The position numbers and the translations under genes were made by a program. This document shows positions 38,401-53,499 of a stretch of 64,000 bases of DNA, one piece after another (the first letter of the stretch is position 1; every line of letters begins with the position of its first letter). The notes under the pieces were generated by a model. That model had not been told where the DNA came from, searched no databases, and saw only the letters and a program-made list of their open reading frames with translations. This stretch comes from Eledone cirrhosa (Eukaryota), in assembly GCA_964016885.1 (NCBI GenBank), contig OZ024744.1:16616001-16680000 (forward strand). The letters are read 5' to 3'.

Positions 38401-41400
38401 GTAGTACTGTGTAAAGTATAATGTTTAGCTGAAGAAAGTGTCCTGTGTTTACTGTAGTACTGTGTAAAGTGTACTGTTCACCTGAAGAATGTGTCCTGTG
38501 TTTACTGTGGTACTGTGTAAAGTGTACTGTTCACCTGAAGAAAGTGTCCTGTGTTTATTGTAGTAACGTGTAAAGTGTACTGTTCACCTGAAGAATGTGT
38601 CCTGTGTTTACTGTAGTACTGTGTAAAGTGTACTCTTCACCTGAAGAAAGTGTCCTGTGTTTATTGTAGTAACGTGTAAAGTGTACCGTTCACCTGAAGA
38701 ATGTGTCCTGTGTTTACTGTAGTACTGTGTAAAGTGTACTGTTCACCTGAAGAAAGTGTCCTGTGTTTACTGTAGTAACGTGTAAAGTGTACTGTTCACC
38801 TGAAGAATATGTCCTGTGTTTACTGTAGTACTGTGTAAAGTGTACTGTTCACCTGAAGAATGTGTCCTGTGTTTACTTTAGTACTGTGTAAAGTGTACTG
38901 TTCACCTGAAGAAAGTGTCCTGTGTTTATTGTAGTAACGTGTAAAGTGTACTGTTCACCTGAAGAATGTGTCCTGTGTTTACTGTAGTACTGTGTACAGT
39001 GTAATGTTCAGCTGAAGAAAGTGTCCTGTGTTTACTGTAGGACTGTGTAAAGTGTACTGTTCACCTGAAGAATGTGTACTGTGTTTACTGTAGTACTGTG
39101 TAAAGTGTACTCTTCACCTGAAGAATGTGTCCTGTGTTTACTGTAGTACTGTGTAAGATGTACTGTTCAGCTAACTAATGTTCCTGTGTTTACTGTAGTA
39201 CCGTGTAAAATGTACTCTTCACCTGAAGAATGTGTCCTGTGTTTGCTGCAGTACTGTGTAAAGTGTACCGTTCAGCTGAACAATGTGTCCTGTGTTTACT
39301 GTAGTACTGGGTAAAGTATACTGTTCACCTGAAGAATGTGTCCTGTGTTTACTGTAGTAATGTGTAAAGTGTACTGTTCACCTGACGAATGTGTCCTGTG
39401 TTTACTGTAGTACAGTGTAATGTGTACTGTTCAGCTGAAGAATGTGTCCTGTGTTTACTGTAGTACTGTGTAAAGTGTACTGTTCACCTGAAGAATGTGT
39501 CCTGTGTTTAATGTAGTACTCTGTAAAGTGTACTGTTCACCTGAAGAATGTGTCCAGTGTTTTCTGTAGTCCTGCGTAAAGTGTACTGTTCACCTGAAGA
39601 ATGTGTCCTGTGTTTACTGTAGTACTGTGTAAAGTGTAATTTTCACCTGAAGAATGTGTCCTGTGTTTTCTGTAGTACTGCGTAAAGTGTACTGTTCACG
39701 TGAAGAATGTGTCCTGTGTTTACTGTGGTACTGTGTAAAGTGTACTGTTCACCTGAAGAACGTGTCATGTGTTTACTGTGGTACTGTGTAAAGTGTACTG
39801 TTCATCTGAAGAATGTGTCCTGTGTTTACTGTAGTAATGTGTAAAGTGTACTGTTCAGCTGAAGAATGTGTCCTGTGTTTACTGTAGTACTGTGTAAAGT
39901 GTACTGTTGAGCTAACTAATGGTTCCTGTGTTTACTGTAGTACTGTGTAAAGTGTACTGCTCAGCTGAAGAATGTGTCCTGTGTTTACTGTCGTACTGTG
40001 TAAAGTGTACTGTTCAGCTGAAAAATGTGTCCTGTGTTTGCTGCAGTACTGTGTAAAGTGTACTGTTCAGCTGAAGAATGTGTCCTGTGTTTACTGTAGT
40101 ACTGTGTAAAGTGTACTGTTCTCCTGAAGAATATGTCCCGTGTTTACTGTAGTACTGTGTAAAGTGTACTCTTCACCTGAAGAATGTGTCCTGTGTTTAC
40201 TGTAGTACTGTGTAAAGTGTACTGTTCACCTGAAGAATGTGTCCTGTGTCTACTGTAGTACTGTGTAAAGTATAATGCACAGCTGAAGAAAGTGTCCTGT
40301 GTTTACTGTAGTACTGTGTAAAATTTACTGTTCAACTGAAGAATGTGTACTGTGTTTACGGTAGTACTGTGTAAAGTGTACTCTTCACCTGAAGAATGTG
40401 TCCTGTGTTTACTGTAGTACTGTGTAAAGTGTACTGTTCACCTGAAGAATGTATCCTGTGTTTACTGTTTTACTGTGGTACTGTGTAAAGCGTATTGTTC
40501 AGCTGAAGGATGTGTCCTGTGTTTACTGTAGTACTGTGTAACATGTACTGTTCAGCTAACTAATGGTTCCTGTGTTTACTGTAGTACTGTGTAAAGTGTA
40601 CTGTTCACCTGAAGAATGTATCCTGTGTCTACTGTAGTACTGTGGTACTGTGTAAAGCGTATTGTTCAGCTGAAGGATGTGTCCTGTGTTTACTGTAGTA
40701 CTGTGTAACATGTACTGTTCAGCTAACTAATGGTTCCTGTGTTTACTGTAGTACTGTGTAAAGTGTACTCTTCACCTGAATAATGTGTCCTGTGTTTACT
40801 GTCGTACAGTGTAAAGTGTACTCATCATCTGAAGAATGTGTCCTGTGTTTGCTGCAGTACTGTGTAAAGTGTACTGTTCACCTGACGAATGTGTCCTGTG
40901 TTTACTGTAGTACTGTGTAATGTGTACTGTTCAGCTGAAGAATGTGTCCTGTGTTTACTGTAGTACTGTGTAAAGTGTACTGTTCACCTGAAGAATGAGT
41001 CCTGTGTTTACTGTAGTACTGTGTAAAGTGTACTGTTGACCTGAAGAATGTGTCCTGTGTTTACTGTAGTACTGCGTAAAGTGTACTGTTCACCTGAAGA
41101 ATGTGTCCTGTGTTTATTGTAGTAATGTGTAAAGTGTACTGTTCAGCTGAAGAATGTGTCCTGTGTTTACTGTGGTACTGTGTAAAGTGTACTGTTCACC
41201 TGACGAATGTGTCCTGTGTTTACTGTAGTACTGTGTAATGTGTACTGTTCAGCTGAAGAATGTGTCCTGTGTTTACTGTAGTACTGTGTAAAGTGTACTG
41301 TTCACCTGAAGAATGAGTCCTGTGTTTACTGTAGTACTGTGTAAAGTGTACTGTTGACCTGAAGAATGTGTCCTGTGTTTACTGTAGTACTGCGTAAAGT

Positions 41401-44400
41401 GTACTGTTCACCTGAAGAATGTGTCCTGTGTTTATTGTAGTAATGTGTAAAGTGTACTGTTCAGCTGAAGAATGTGTCCTGTGTTTACTGTGGTACTGTG
41501 TAAAGTGTACTGTTCACCTGAAGAATGTGTCCTGTGTTTACTGTGGTACTGTGTAAAGTGTACTGTTCACCTGAAGAATGTGTCCTGTGTTTACTGTAGT
41601 AATGTGTAAAGTGTACAGTTAACCTGAAGAATGTGTCCTGTGTTTACTGTGGTACTGTGTAAAGTGTACTGTTCACCTGAAGAATGTGTCCTGTGTTTAC
41701 TGTAGTAATGTGTAAAGTGTACTGTTCAACTGAAGAATATGTCCTGTGTTTACTGTAGTACTGTGTAAAGTGTACTGTTCATCTGAAGAATATGTCCTGT
41801 GTTTACTGTAGTACTGTGTAAAGTATAATGTTTAGCTGAAGAAAGTGTCCTGTGTTTACTGTAGTACTGTGTAAAGTGTACTGTTCACCTGAAGAATGTG
41901 TCCTGTGTTTACTGTGGTACTGTGTAAAGTGTACTGTTCACCTGAAGAAAGTGTCCTGTGTTTATTGTAGTAACGTGTAAAGTGTACTGTTCACCTGAAG
42001 AATGTGTCCTGTGTTTACTGTAGTACTGTGTAAAGTGTACTCTTCACCTGAAGAAAGTGTCCTGTGTTTATTGTAGTAACGTGTAAAGTGTACCGTTCAC
42101 CTGAAGAATGTGTCCTGTGTTTACTGTAGTACTGTGTAAAGTGTACTGTTCACCTGAAGAAAGTGTCCTGTGTTTACTGTAGTAACGTGTAAAGTGTACT
42201 GTTCACCTGAAGAATATGTCCTGTGTTTACTGTAGTACTGTGTAAAGTGTACTGTTCACCTGAAGAATGTGTCCTGTGTTTACTTTAGTACTGTGTAAAG
42301 TGTACTGTTCACCTGAAGAAAGTGTCCTGTGTTTATTGTAGTAACGTGTAAAGTGTACTGTTCACCTGAAGAATGTGTCCTGTGTTTACTGTAGTACTGT
42401 GTACAGTGTAATGTTCAGCTGAAGAAAGTGTCCTGTGTTTACTGTAGGACTGTGTAAAGTGTACTGTTCACCTGAAGAATGTGTACTGTGTTTACTGTAG
42501 TACTGTGTAAAGTGTACTCTTCACCTGAAGAATGTGTCCTGTGTTTACTGTAGTACTGTGTAAGATGTACTGTTCAGCTAACTAATGTTCCTGTGTTTAC
42601 TGTAGTACCGTGTAAAATGTACTCTTCACCTGAAGAATGTGTCCTGTGTTTGCTGCAGTACTGTGTAAAGTGTACCGTTCAGCTGAACAATGTGTCCTGT
42701 GTTTACTGTAGTACTGGGTAAAGTATACTGTTCACCTGAAGAATGTGTCCTGTGTTTACTGTAGTAATGTGTAAAGTGTACTGTTCACCTGACGAATGTG
42801 TCCTGTGTTTACTGTAGTACAGTGTAATGTGTACTGTTCAGCTGAAGAATGTGTCCTGTGTTTACTGTAGTACTGTGTAAAGTGTACTGTTCACCTGAAG
42901 AATGTGTCCTGTGTTTAATGTAGTACTCTGTAAAGTGTACTGTTCACCTGAAGAATGTGTCCAGTGTTTTCTGTAGTCCTGCGTAAAGTGTACTGTTCAC
43001 CTGAAGAATGTGTCCTGTGTTTACTGTAGTACTGTGTAAAGTGTAATTTTCACCTGAAGAATGTGTCCTGTGTTTTCTGTAGTACTGCGTAAAGTGTACT
43101 GTTCACGTGAAGAATGTGTCCTGTGTTTACTGTGGTACTGTGTAAAGTGTACTGTTCACCTGAAGAACGTGTCATGTGTTTACTGTGGTACTGTGTAAAG
43201 TGTACTGTTCATCTGAAGAATGTGTCCTGTGTTTACTGTAGTAATGTGTAAAGTGTACTGTTCAGCTGAAGAATGTGTCCTGTGTTTACTGTAGTACTGT
43301 GTAAAGTGTACTGTTGAGCTAACTAATGGTTCCTGTGTTTACTGTAGTACTGTGTAAAGTGTACTGCTCAGCTGAAGAATGTGTCCTGTGTTTACTGTCG
43401 TACTGTGTAAAGTGTACTGTTCAGCTGAAAAATGTGTCCTGTGTTTGCTGCAGTACTGTGTAAAGTGTACTGTTCAGCTGAAGAATGTGTCCTGTGTTTA
43501 CTGTAGTACTGTGTAAAGTGTACTGTTCTCCTGAAGAATATGTCCCGTGTTTACTGTAGTACTGTGTAAAGTGTACTCTTCACCTGAAGAATGTGTCCTG
43601 TGTTTACTGTAGTACTGTGTAAAGTGTACTGTTCACCTGAAGAATGTGTCCTGTGTCTACTGTAGTACTGTGTAAAGTATAATGCACAGCTGAAGAAAGT
43701 GTCCTGTGTTTACTGTAGTACTGTGTAAAATTTACTGTTCAACTGAAGAATGTGTACTGTGTTTACGGTAGTACTGTGTAAAGTGTACTCTTCACCTGAA
43801 GAATGTGTCCTGTGTTTACTGTAGTACTGTGTAAAGTGTACTGTTCACCTGAAGAATGTATCCTGTGTTTACTGTTTTACTGTGGTACTGTGTAAAGCGT
43901 ATTGTTCAGCTGAAGGATGTGTCCTGTGTTTACTGTAGTACTGTGTAACATGTACTGTTCAGCTAACTAATGGTTCCTGTGTTTACTGTAGTACTGTGTA
44001 AAGTGTACTGTTCACCTGAAGAATGTATCCTGTGTCTACTGTAGTACTGTGGTACTGTGTAAAGCGTATTGTTCAGCTGAAGGATGTGTCCTGTGTTTAC
44101 TGTAGTACTGTGTAACATGTACTGTTCAGCTAACTAATGGTTCCTGTGTTTACTGTAGTACTGTGTAAAGTGTACTCTTCACCTGAATAATGTGTCCTGT
44201 GTTTACTGTCGTACAGTGTAAAGTGTACTCATCATCTGAAGAATGTGTCCTGTGTTTGCTGCAGTACTGTGTAAAGTGTACTGTTCACCTGACGAATGTG
44301 TCCTGTGTTTACTGTAGTACTGTGTAATGTGTACTGTTCAGCTGAAGAATGTGTCCTGTGTTTACTGTAGTACTGTGTAAAGTGTACTGTTCACCTGAAG

Positions 44401-45100
44401 AATGAGTCCTGTGTTTACTGTAGTACTGTGTAAAGTGTACTGTTGACCTGAAGAATGTGTCCTGTGTTTACTGTAGTACTGCGTAAAGTGTACTGTTCAC
44501 CTGAAGAATGTGTCCTGTGTTTATTGTAGTAATGTGTAAAGTGTACTGTTCAGCTGAAGAATGTGTCCTGTGTTTACTGTGGTACTGTGTAAAGTGTACT
44601 GTTCACCTGAAGAATGTGTCCTGTGTTTACTGTGGTACTGTGTAAAGTGTACTGTTCACCTGAAGAATGTGTCCTGTGTTTACTGTAGTAATGTGTAAAG
44701 TGTACAGTTAACCTGAAGAATGTGTCCTGTGTTTACTGTGGTACTGTGTAAAGTGTACTGTTCACCTGAAGAATGTGTCCTGTGTTTACTGTAGTAATGT
44801 GTAAAGTGTACTGTTCACCTGAAGAATATGTCCTGTGTTTACTGTAGTACTGTGTAAAGTGTACTGTTCATCTGAAGAATATGTCCTGTGTTTACTGTAG
44901 TACTGTGTAAAGTATAATGTTTAGCTGAAGAAAGTGTCCTGTGTTTACTGTAGTACTGTGTAAAGTGTACTGTTCACCTGAAGAATGTGTCCTGTGTTTA
45001 CTGTGGTACTGTGTAAAGTGTACTGTTCACCTGAAGAAAGTGTCCTGTGTTTATTGTAGTAACGTGTAAAGTGTACTGTTCACCTGAAGAATGTGTCCTG
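35500..45100 (+). repeat. Three tandem copies of a 58-monomer higher-order unit (3089 bp; second copy 3407 bp owing to an internal 6-monomer duplication)
   Basis: (TAG)GACTG marker at 35952, 39041, 42448 (spacings 3089 = 58x53+15 and 3407 = 64x53+15). (AAT)GAGTCC at 40997 and 41315 (318 = 6x53). A related copy lies at about 31000-33900. Confidence 0.9.
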
Positions 45101-48100
45101 TGTTTACTGTAGTACTGTGTAAAGTGTACTGTTCACCTGAAGAAAGTGTCCTGTGTTTACTGTAGTAACGTGTAAAGTGTACTGTTCACCTGAAGAATGT
45201 GTCCTGTGTTTACTGTAGTACTGTCTAAAGTGTACTGTTCACCTGAAGAAAGTGTCCTGTGTTTATTGTAGTAACGTGTAAAGTGTACTGTTCACCTGAA
45301 GAATGTGTCCTGTGTTTACTGTAGTACTGTGTAAAGTGTACTGTTCACCTGAAGAATGTGTCCTGTGTTTACTGTAGTACTGTGTAAAGTGTACTCTGCA
45401 CCTGAAGAAAGTGTCCTGTGTTTATTGTAGTAACGTGTAAAGTGTACCGTTCACCTGAAGAATCTGTCCTGTGTTTACTGTAGTACTGTGTAAAGTGTAC
45501 TGTTCACCTGAAGAAAGTGTCCTGTGTTTACTGTAGTAACGTGTAAAGTGTACTGTTCACCTGAAGAATGTGTCCTGTGTTTACTGTAGTACCCTGTAAA
45601 GTGTACTGTTCACCTGAAGAATATGTCCTGTGTTTACTGTAGTACTGTGTAAAGTGTACTGTTCATCTGAAGAATATGTCCTGTGTTTACTGTAGTACTG
45701 TGTAAAGTATAATGTTTAGCTGAAGAAAGTGTCCTGTGTTTACTGTAGTACTGTGTAAAGTGTACTGTTCACCTGAAGAATGTGTCCTGTGTTTACTGTG
45801 GTACAGTGTAAAGTGTACTCTTCACCTGAAGAAAGTGTCCTGTGTTTACTGTAGTAACGTGTAAAGTGTACTGTTCACTTGAAGAATGTGTCCTGTGTTT
45901 ACTGTAGTACTGTGTAAAGTGTACTGTTCACCTGAAGAATGTGTCCTGTGTTTACTGTAGTACTGTGTAAAGTGTACTGTTCAGCTCAAGAATGTGTCCT
46001 GTGTTTACTGTAGTACTGTGTAAAGTGTACTGTTCACCTGAAGAATGTGTCCTGTGTTGACTGTAGTACTGTGTAAAGTGTATTGTTCACATGAAGAATG
46101 TGTCCTGTGTTTACTGTAGGACTGTGTAAAGTGTACTGTTCACCTGACGAATGTGTCCTGTGTTTACTGTAGTACAGTGTAACGTGTACTGTTCAGCTGA
46201 AGAATGTGTCCTGTGTTTACTGTAGTACTGTGTAAAGTGTACTGTTCACCTGAAGAATGTGTCCAGTGTTTTCTGTAGTACTGCGTAAAGTGTACTGTTC
46301 ACCTGAAGAATTTTTCCTGTGTTTACTGTAGTACTGTGTAAAGTGTAATTTTCACCTGAAGAATGTGTCCTGTGTTTTCTGTAGTACTGCGTAAAGTGTA
46401 CTGTTCACCTGAAGTATGTGTCCTGTGTTTACTGTAGTAACGTGTAAAGTGTACTGTTCACTTGAAGAATGTGTCCTGTGTTTACTGTAGTACTGTGTAA
46501 AGTGTACTGTTCACCTGAAGAATGTGTCCTGTGTTTACTGTAGTACTGTGTAAAGTGTACTGTTCAGCTCAAGAATGTGTCCTGTGTTTACTGTAGTACT
46601 GTGTAAAGTGTACTGTTCACCTGAAGAATGTGTCCTGTGTTGACTGTAGTACTGTGTAAAGTGTATTGTTCACATGAAGAATGTGTCCTGTGTTTACTGT
46701 GGTACTGTGTAAAGTGTACTGTTCACCTGAAGAACGTGTCATGTGTTTACTGTGGTACTGTGTAAAGTGTATTGTTCACATGAAGAATGTGTCCTGTGTT
46801 TACTGTAGTACTGTGTAAAGTGTACTGTTCACCTGACGAATGTGTCCTGTGTTTACTGTAGTAATGTGTAAAGTGTGCTGTTCAGCTGAAGAATATGTCC
46901 TGTGTTTACTGTGGTACGGTGTAAAGTGTACTGTTCACCTGAAGAATATGTCCCGTGTTTACTGTAGTACTGTGTAAAGTGTACTGTTCACCTGAAGTAT
47001 GTGTCCTGTGTTTACTGTAGAACTGTGTAAAGTGTACTGTTCAGCTGAAGAATGTGTCCTGTGTTTACTGTAGTACTGTATAAAGTGTACTGCTCAGCTG
47101 AAGAATGTGTCCTGTGTTTACTGTCGTACTGTGTAAAGTGTACTGTTCAGCTGAAAAATGTGTCCTGTGTTTGCTGCAGTACTGTGTAAAGTGTATAGTT
47201 CAGCTGAAGAATGTGTCCTGTGTTTACTGTAGTACTGTGTAAAGTGTACTGTTCACCTGACGAACGTGTCCTGTGTTTATGGTAGTAATGTGTAAAGTGT
47301 ACTGTTCACCTGAAGAATGTGTCCTGTGTTTAATGTAGTACTGTGTAAAGTGTACTGTTCACCTGAAGAATGTGTCCGCTGTTTACTGTAGTACTGTGTA
47401 AAGTGTACTGTTCAGCTGAAGAAAGTGTCCTGTGTTTACTGTAGTACTGTGTAAAGTGTACTGTTCACCTGAAGAATGTGTCCTGTGTTTACTGTAGTAC
47501 TGTGTATAGTGTACTGTTCACCTGCAGAAAGTGTCCTGTGTTTACTGTAGTAACGTGTAAAGTGTACTGTTCACCTGAAGAATGTGTCCTGTGTTTACTG
47601 TAATACTGTGTAAAGTGTACTGTTCACCTGAAGAATCTGTCCTGTGTTGACTGTGGTACAGTGTAAAGGGTACTGTTCAGCTGAGGAATGTGTCCTGTGT
47701 TTACTGTAGTACTGTGTAAAGTGTACTGTTCAGTTGAAGAATGTGTCCTGTGTTTACTGTAGTACTGTGTAAAGTGTACTGTTCACCTGAAGAAAGTGCC
47801 TGTGTTGACTGTAGTACTGTGTAAAGTGTACTGTTCAGCTGAGGAATGTGTCCTGTGTTTACTGTAGTACTGTGTAAAGTATACTATTCACCTGAGGAAT
47901 GTGTCCTGTATTTACTGTAGTACTGTGTAAAGTGTACTGTTCACCTGAAGAAAGTGTCCTGTGTTTATTGTAGTACTGTGTAAAGTGTACTGTTCACCTG
48001 AAGAATGTGTCCTGTGTTTACTGTAGTACTGTGTAACGTGTACTGTTCACCTGAAGAAAGTGTCCTGTGTTTACTGTAGTAACGTGTAAAGTGTACTGTT

Positions 48101-51100
48101 CACCAGAAGAATGTGTCCTGTGTTTACTGTAGTACTGTGTAAAGTGTACTGTTCACCTGAAGAAAGTGTCCTGTGTTTATTGTAGTAACGTGTAAAGTGT
48201 ACTGTTCACCTGAAGAATGTGTCCTGTGTTTACTGTAGTACTGTGTAAAGTGTACTGTTCACCTGAAGAAAGTGTCCTGTGTTTACTGTAGTAACGTGTA
48301 AAGTGTACTGTTCACCTGAAGAATGTGTCCTGTGTTTACTGTAGTACTGTCTAAAGTGTACTGTTCACCTGAAGAAAGTGTCCTGTGTTTATTGTAGTAA
48401 CGTGTAAAGTGTACTGTTCACCTGAAGAATGTGTCCTGTGTTTACTGTAGTACTGTGTAAAGTGTACTGTTCACCTGAAGAATGTGTCCTGTGTTTACTG
48501 TAGTACTGTGTAAAGTGTACTGTTCACCTGAAGAAAGTGTCCTGTGTTTATTGTAGTAAAGTGTAAAGTGTACCGTTCACCTGAAGAATGTGTCCTGTGT
48601 TTACTGTAGTACTGTGTAAAGTGTACTGTTCACCTGAAGAAAGTGTCCTGTGTTTACTGTAGTAACGTGTAAAGTGTACTGTTCACCTGAAGAATGTGTC
48701 CTGTGTTTACTGTAGTACTGTGTAAAGTGTACTGTTCACCTGAAGAATGTGTCCTGTGTTTACTGTAGTACTGTGTAAAGTGTACTGTTCACCTGAAGAA
48801 AGTGTCCTGTGTTTATTGTAGTAACGTGTAAAGTGTACTGTTCACCTGAAGAATGTGTCCTGTGTTTACTGTAGTACTGTCTAAAGTGTACTGTTCACCT
48901 GAAGAAAGTGTCCTGTGTTTATTGTAGTAACGTGTAAAGTGTACTGTTCACCTGAAGAATGTGTCCTGTGTTTACTGTAGTACTGTGTACAGTGTAATGT
49001 TCAGCTGAAGAAAGTGTCCTGTGTTTACTGTAGGACTGTGTAAAGTGTACTGTTCACCTGAAGAATGTGTACTGTGTTTACTGTAGTACTGTGTAAAGTG
49101 TACTCTTCACCTGAAGAATGTGTCCTGTGTTTACTGTAGTACTGTGTAAGATGTACTGTTCAGCTAACTAATGTTCCTGTGTTTACTGTAGTACCGTGTA
49201 AAATGTACTCTTCACCTGAAGAATGTGTCCTGTGTTTGCTGCAGTACTGTGTAAAGTGTACCGTTCAGCTGAACAATGTGTCCTGTGTTTACTGTAGTAC
49301 TGGGTAAAGTATACTGTTCACCTGAAGAATGTGTCCTGTGTTTACTGTAGTAATGTGTAAAGTGTACTGTTCACCTGACGAATGTGTCCTGTGTTTACTG
49401 TAGTACAGTGTAATGTGTACTGTTCAGCTGAAGAATGTGTCCTGTGTTTACTGTAGTACTGTGTAAAGTGTACTGTTCACCTGAAGAATGTGTCCTGTGT
49501 TTAATGTAGTACTCTGTAAAGTGTACTGTTCACCTGAAGAATGTGTCCAGTGTTTTCTGTAGTCCTGCGTAAAGTGTACTGTTCACCTGAAGAATGTGTC
49601 CTGTGTTTACTGTAGTACTGTGTAAAGTGTAATTTTCACCTGAAGAATGTGTCCTGTGTTTTCTGTAGTACTGCGTAAAGTGTACTGTTCACGTGAAGAA
49701 TGTGTCCTGTGTTTACTGTGGTACTGTGTAAAGTGTACATTTAACCTGAAGAATGTGTCCTGTGTTTACTGTAGTAATGTGTAAAGTGTACTGTTCACCT
49801 GAAGAATGTGTCCTGTGTTTACTGTAGTACTGTGTAAAGTGTACTGTTGAGTTAACTAATGATTCCTGTGTTTACTGTAGTACTGTGTAAAGTGTACTGC
49901 TCAGCTGAAGAATGTGTCCTGTGTTTACTGTCGTACTGTGTAAAGTGTACTGTTCAGCTGAAAAATGTGTCCTGTGTTTGCTGCAGTACTGTGTAAAGTG
50001 TACTGTTCAGCTGAAGAATGTGTCCTGTGTTTACTGTAGTACTGTGTAAACTGTACTGTTCACCTGACGAACGTGTCCTGTGTTTATGGTAGTAATGTGT
50101 AAAGTGTACTGTTCACCTGAAGAATGTGTCCTGTGTTTACTCTCGAACTGTGTAGAGTGTACTCTTCAGCTGAAGAATGTGTCCTGTGTTTGCTGCAGTA
50201 CTGTGTAAAGTGTACTGTTCAGCTGAAGAATGTCTCCTGTGTTTACTGTAGTACTGTGTAAAGTGTACTGTTCTCCTGAAGAATATGTCCCGTGTTTACT
50301 GTAGTACTGTGTAAAGTGTACTCTTCACCTGAAGAATGTGTCCTGTGTTTACTGTAGTACTGTGTAAAGTGTACTGTTCAACTGAAGAATGTGTCCTGTG
50401 TCTACTGTAGTACTGTGTAAAGTATAATGCACAGCTGAAGAAAGTGTCCTGTGTTTACTGTAGTACTGTGTAAAATTTACTGTTCACCTGAAGAATGTGT
50501 ACTGTGTTTACGGTAGTACTGTGTAAAGTGTACTCTTCACCTGAAGAATGTGTCCTGTGTTTACTGTAGTACTGTGTAAAGTGTACTGTTCACCTGAAGA
50601 ATGTGTACTGTGTTTACTGTAGTAATGTGTAAAGTGTACTCTTCACCTGAAGAATGTGTCCTGTGTTTACTGTAGTACTGTGTAAAGTGTACTGTTCACC
50701 TGAAGAATGTATCCTGTGTTTACTGTTTTACTGTGGTACTGTGTAAAGCGTATTGTTCAGCTGAAGGATGTGTCCTGTGTTTACTGTAGTACTGTGTAAC
50801 ATGTACTGTTCAGCTAACTAATGGTTCCTGTGTTTACTGTAGTACTGTGTAAAGTGTACTCTTCACCTGAATAATGTGTCCTGTGTTTACTGTCGTACTG
50901 TGTAAAGTGTACTCTTCACCTGAAGAATGTGTCCTGTGTTTGCTGCAGTACTGTGTAAAGTGTACTGTTCACCTGACGAATGTGTCCTGTGTTTACTGTA
51001 GTACTGTGTAAAGTGTACTGTTCACCTGAAGAATGTGTCCTGTGTTTACTGTAGTACTGTGTAAAGTGTACTGTTGACCTGAAGAATGTGTCCTGTGTTT

Positions 51101-53499
51101 ACTGTAGTACTGTGTAAAGTGTACTGTTCACCTGAAGAATGTATCCTGTGTTTACTGTAGTACTGCGTAAAGTGTACTGTTCACCTGAAGAATGTGTCCT
51201 GTGTTTACTGTAGTAATGTGTAAAGTGTACTGTTCAGCTGAAGAATGTGTCCTGTGTTTATTGTAGTAATGTGTAAAGTGTACTGTTCACCTGAAGAATG
51301 TGTCCTGTGTTTACTGTAGTAATGTGTAAAGTGTACTGTTCAGCTGAAGAATGTGTCCTGTGTTTACTGTGGTATGTGTAAAGTGTACTGTTCACCTGAA
51401 GAATGTGTCCTGTGTTTACTGTGGTACTGTGTAAAGTGTACTGTTCACCTGAAGAATGTGTCCTGTGTTTACTGTAGTAATGTGTAAAGTGTACTGTTCA
51501 GCTGAAGAATGTGTCCTGTGTTTATTGTAGTAATGTGTAAAGTGTACTGTTCAGCTGAAGAATGTGTCCTGTGTTTACTGTAGTACTGCGTAAAGTGTAC
51601 TGTTCACCTGAAGAATGTGTCCTGTGTTTATTGTAGTAATGTGTAAAGTGTACTGTTCACCTGAAGAATGTGTCCTGTGTTTACTGTGGTACTGTGTAAA
51701 GTGTACTGTTCACCTGAAGAATGTGTCCTGTGTTTACTGTAGTAATGTGTAAAGTGTACAGTTAACCTGAAGAATGTGTCCTGTGTTTACTGTGGTACTG
51801 TGTAAAGTGTACTGTTCACCTGAAGAATGTGTCCTGTGTTTACTGTAGTAATGTGTAAAGTGTACTGTTCACCTGAAGAATATGTCCTGTGTTTACTGTA
51901 GTACTGTGTAAAGTGTACTGTTCATCTGAAGAATATGTCCTGTGTTTACTGTAGTACTGTGTAAAGTATAATGTTTAGCTGAAGAAAGTGTCCTGTGTTT
52001 ACTGTAGTACTGTGTAAAGTGTACTGTTCACCTGAAGAATGTGTCCTGTGTTTACTGTGGTACTGTGTAAAGTGTACTGTTCACCTGAAGAAAGTGTCCT
52101 GTGTTTATTGTAGTAACGTGTAAAGTGTACTGTTCACCTGAAGAATGTGTCCTGTGTTTACTGTAGTACTGTGTAAAGTGTACTGTTCACCTGAAGAAAG
52201 TGTCCTGTGTTTACTGTAGTAACGTGTAAAGTGTACTGTTCACCTGAAGAATGTGTCCTGTGTTTACTGTAGTACTGTCTAAAGTGTACTGTTCACCTGA
52301 ACAAAGTGTCCTGTGTTTATTGTAGTAACGTGTAAAGTGTACTGTTCACCTGAAGAATGTGTCCTGTGTTTACTGTAGTACTGTGTAAAGTGTACTGTTC
52401 ACCTGAATAATGTGTCCTGTGTTTACTGTAGTACTGTGTAAAGTGTACTGTTCACCTGAAGAAAGTGTCCTGTGTTTATTGTAGTAACGTATAAAGTGTA
52501 CCGTTCACCTGAAGAATCTGTCCTGTGTTTACTGTAGTACTGTGTAAAGTGTACTGTTCACCTGAAGAAAGTGTCCTGTGTTTACTGTAGTAACGTGTAA
52601 AGTGTACTGTTCACCTGAAGAATGTGTCCTGTGTTTACTGTAGTACTGTGTAAAGTGTACTGTTCACCTGAAGAATATGTCCTGTGTTTACTGTAGTACT
52701 GTGTAAAGTGTACTGTTCATCTGAAGAATATGTCCTGTGTTTACTGTAGTACTGTGTAAAGTATAATGTTTAGCTGAAGAAAGTGTCCTGTGTTTACTGT
52801 AGTACTGTGTAAAGTGTACTGTTCACCTGAAGAATGTGTCCTGTGTTTACTGTGGTACAGTGTAAAGTGTACTGTTCACATGAAGAAAGTGTCCTGTGTT
52901 TACTGTAGTAACGTGTAAAGTGTACTGTTCACTTGAAGAATGTGTCCTGTGTTTACTGTAGTACTGTGTAAAGTGTACTGTTCACCTGAAGAATGTGTCC
53001 TGTGTTTACTGTAGTACTGTGTAAAGTGTACTGTTCAGCTGAAGAATGTGTCCTGTGTTTACTGTAGTACTGTGTAAAGTGTACTGTTCACCTGAAGAAT
53101 GTGTCCTGTGTTGACTGTAGTACTGTGTAAAGTGTATTGTTCACATGAAGAATGTGTCCTGTGTTTACTGTAGTACTGTGTAAAGTGTACTGTTCACCTG
53201 ACGAATGTGTCCTGTTTTTACTGTAGTACAGTGTAACGTGTACTGTTCAGCTGAAGAATGAGTCCTGTGTTTAATGTAGTACTGTGTAAAGTGTACTGTT
53301 CACCTGAAGAATGTGTCCAGTGTTTTCTGTAGTACTGCGTAAAGTGTACTGTTCACCTGAAGAATGTGTCCTGTGTTTACTGTAGTACTGTGTAAAGTGT
53401 AATTTTCACCTGAAGAATGTGTCCTGTGTTTTCTGTAGTACTGCGTAAAGTGTACTGTTCACCTGAAGAATGTGTCCTGTGTTTACTGTGGTACTGTGT

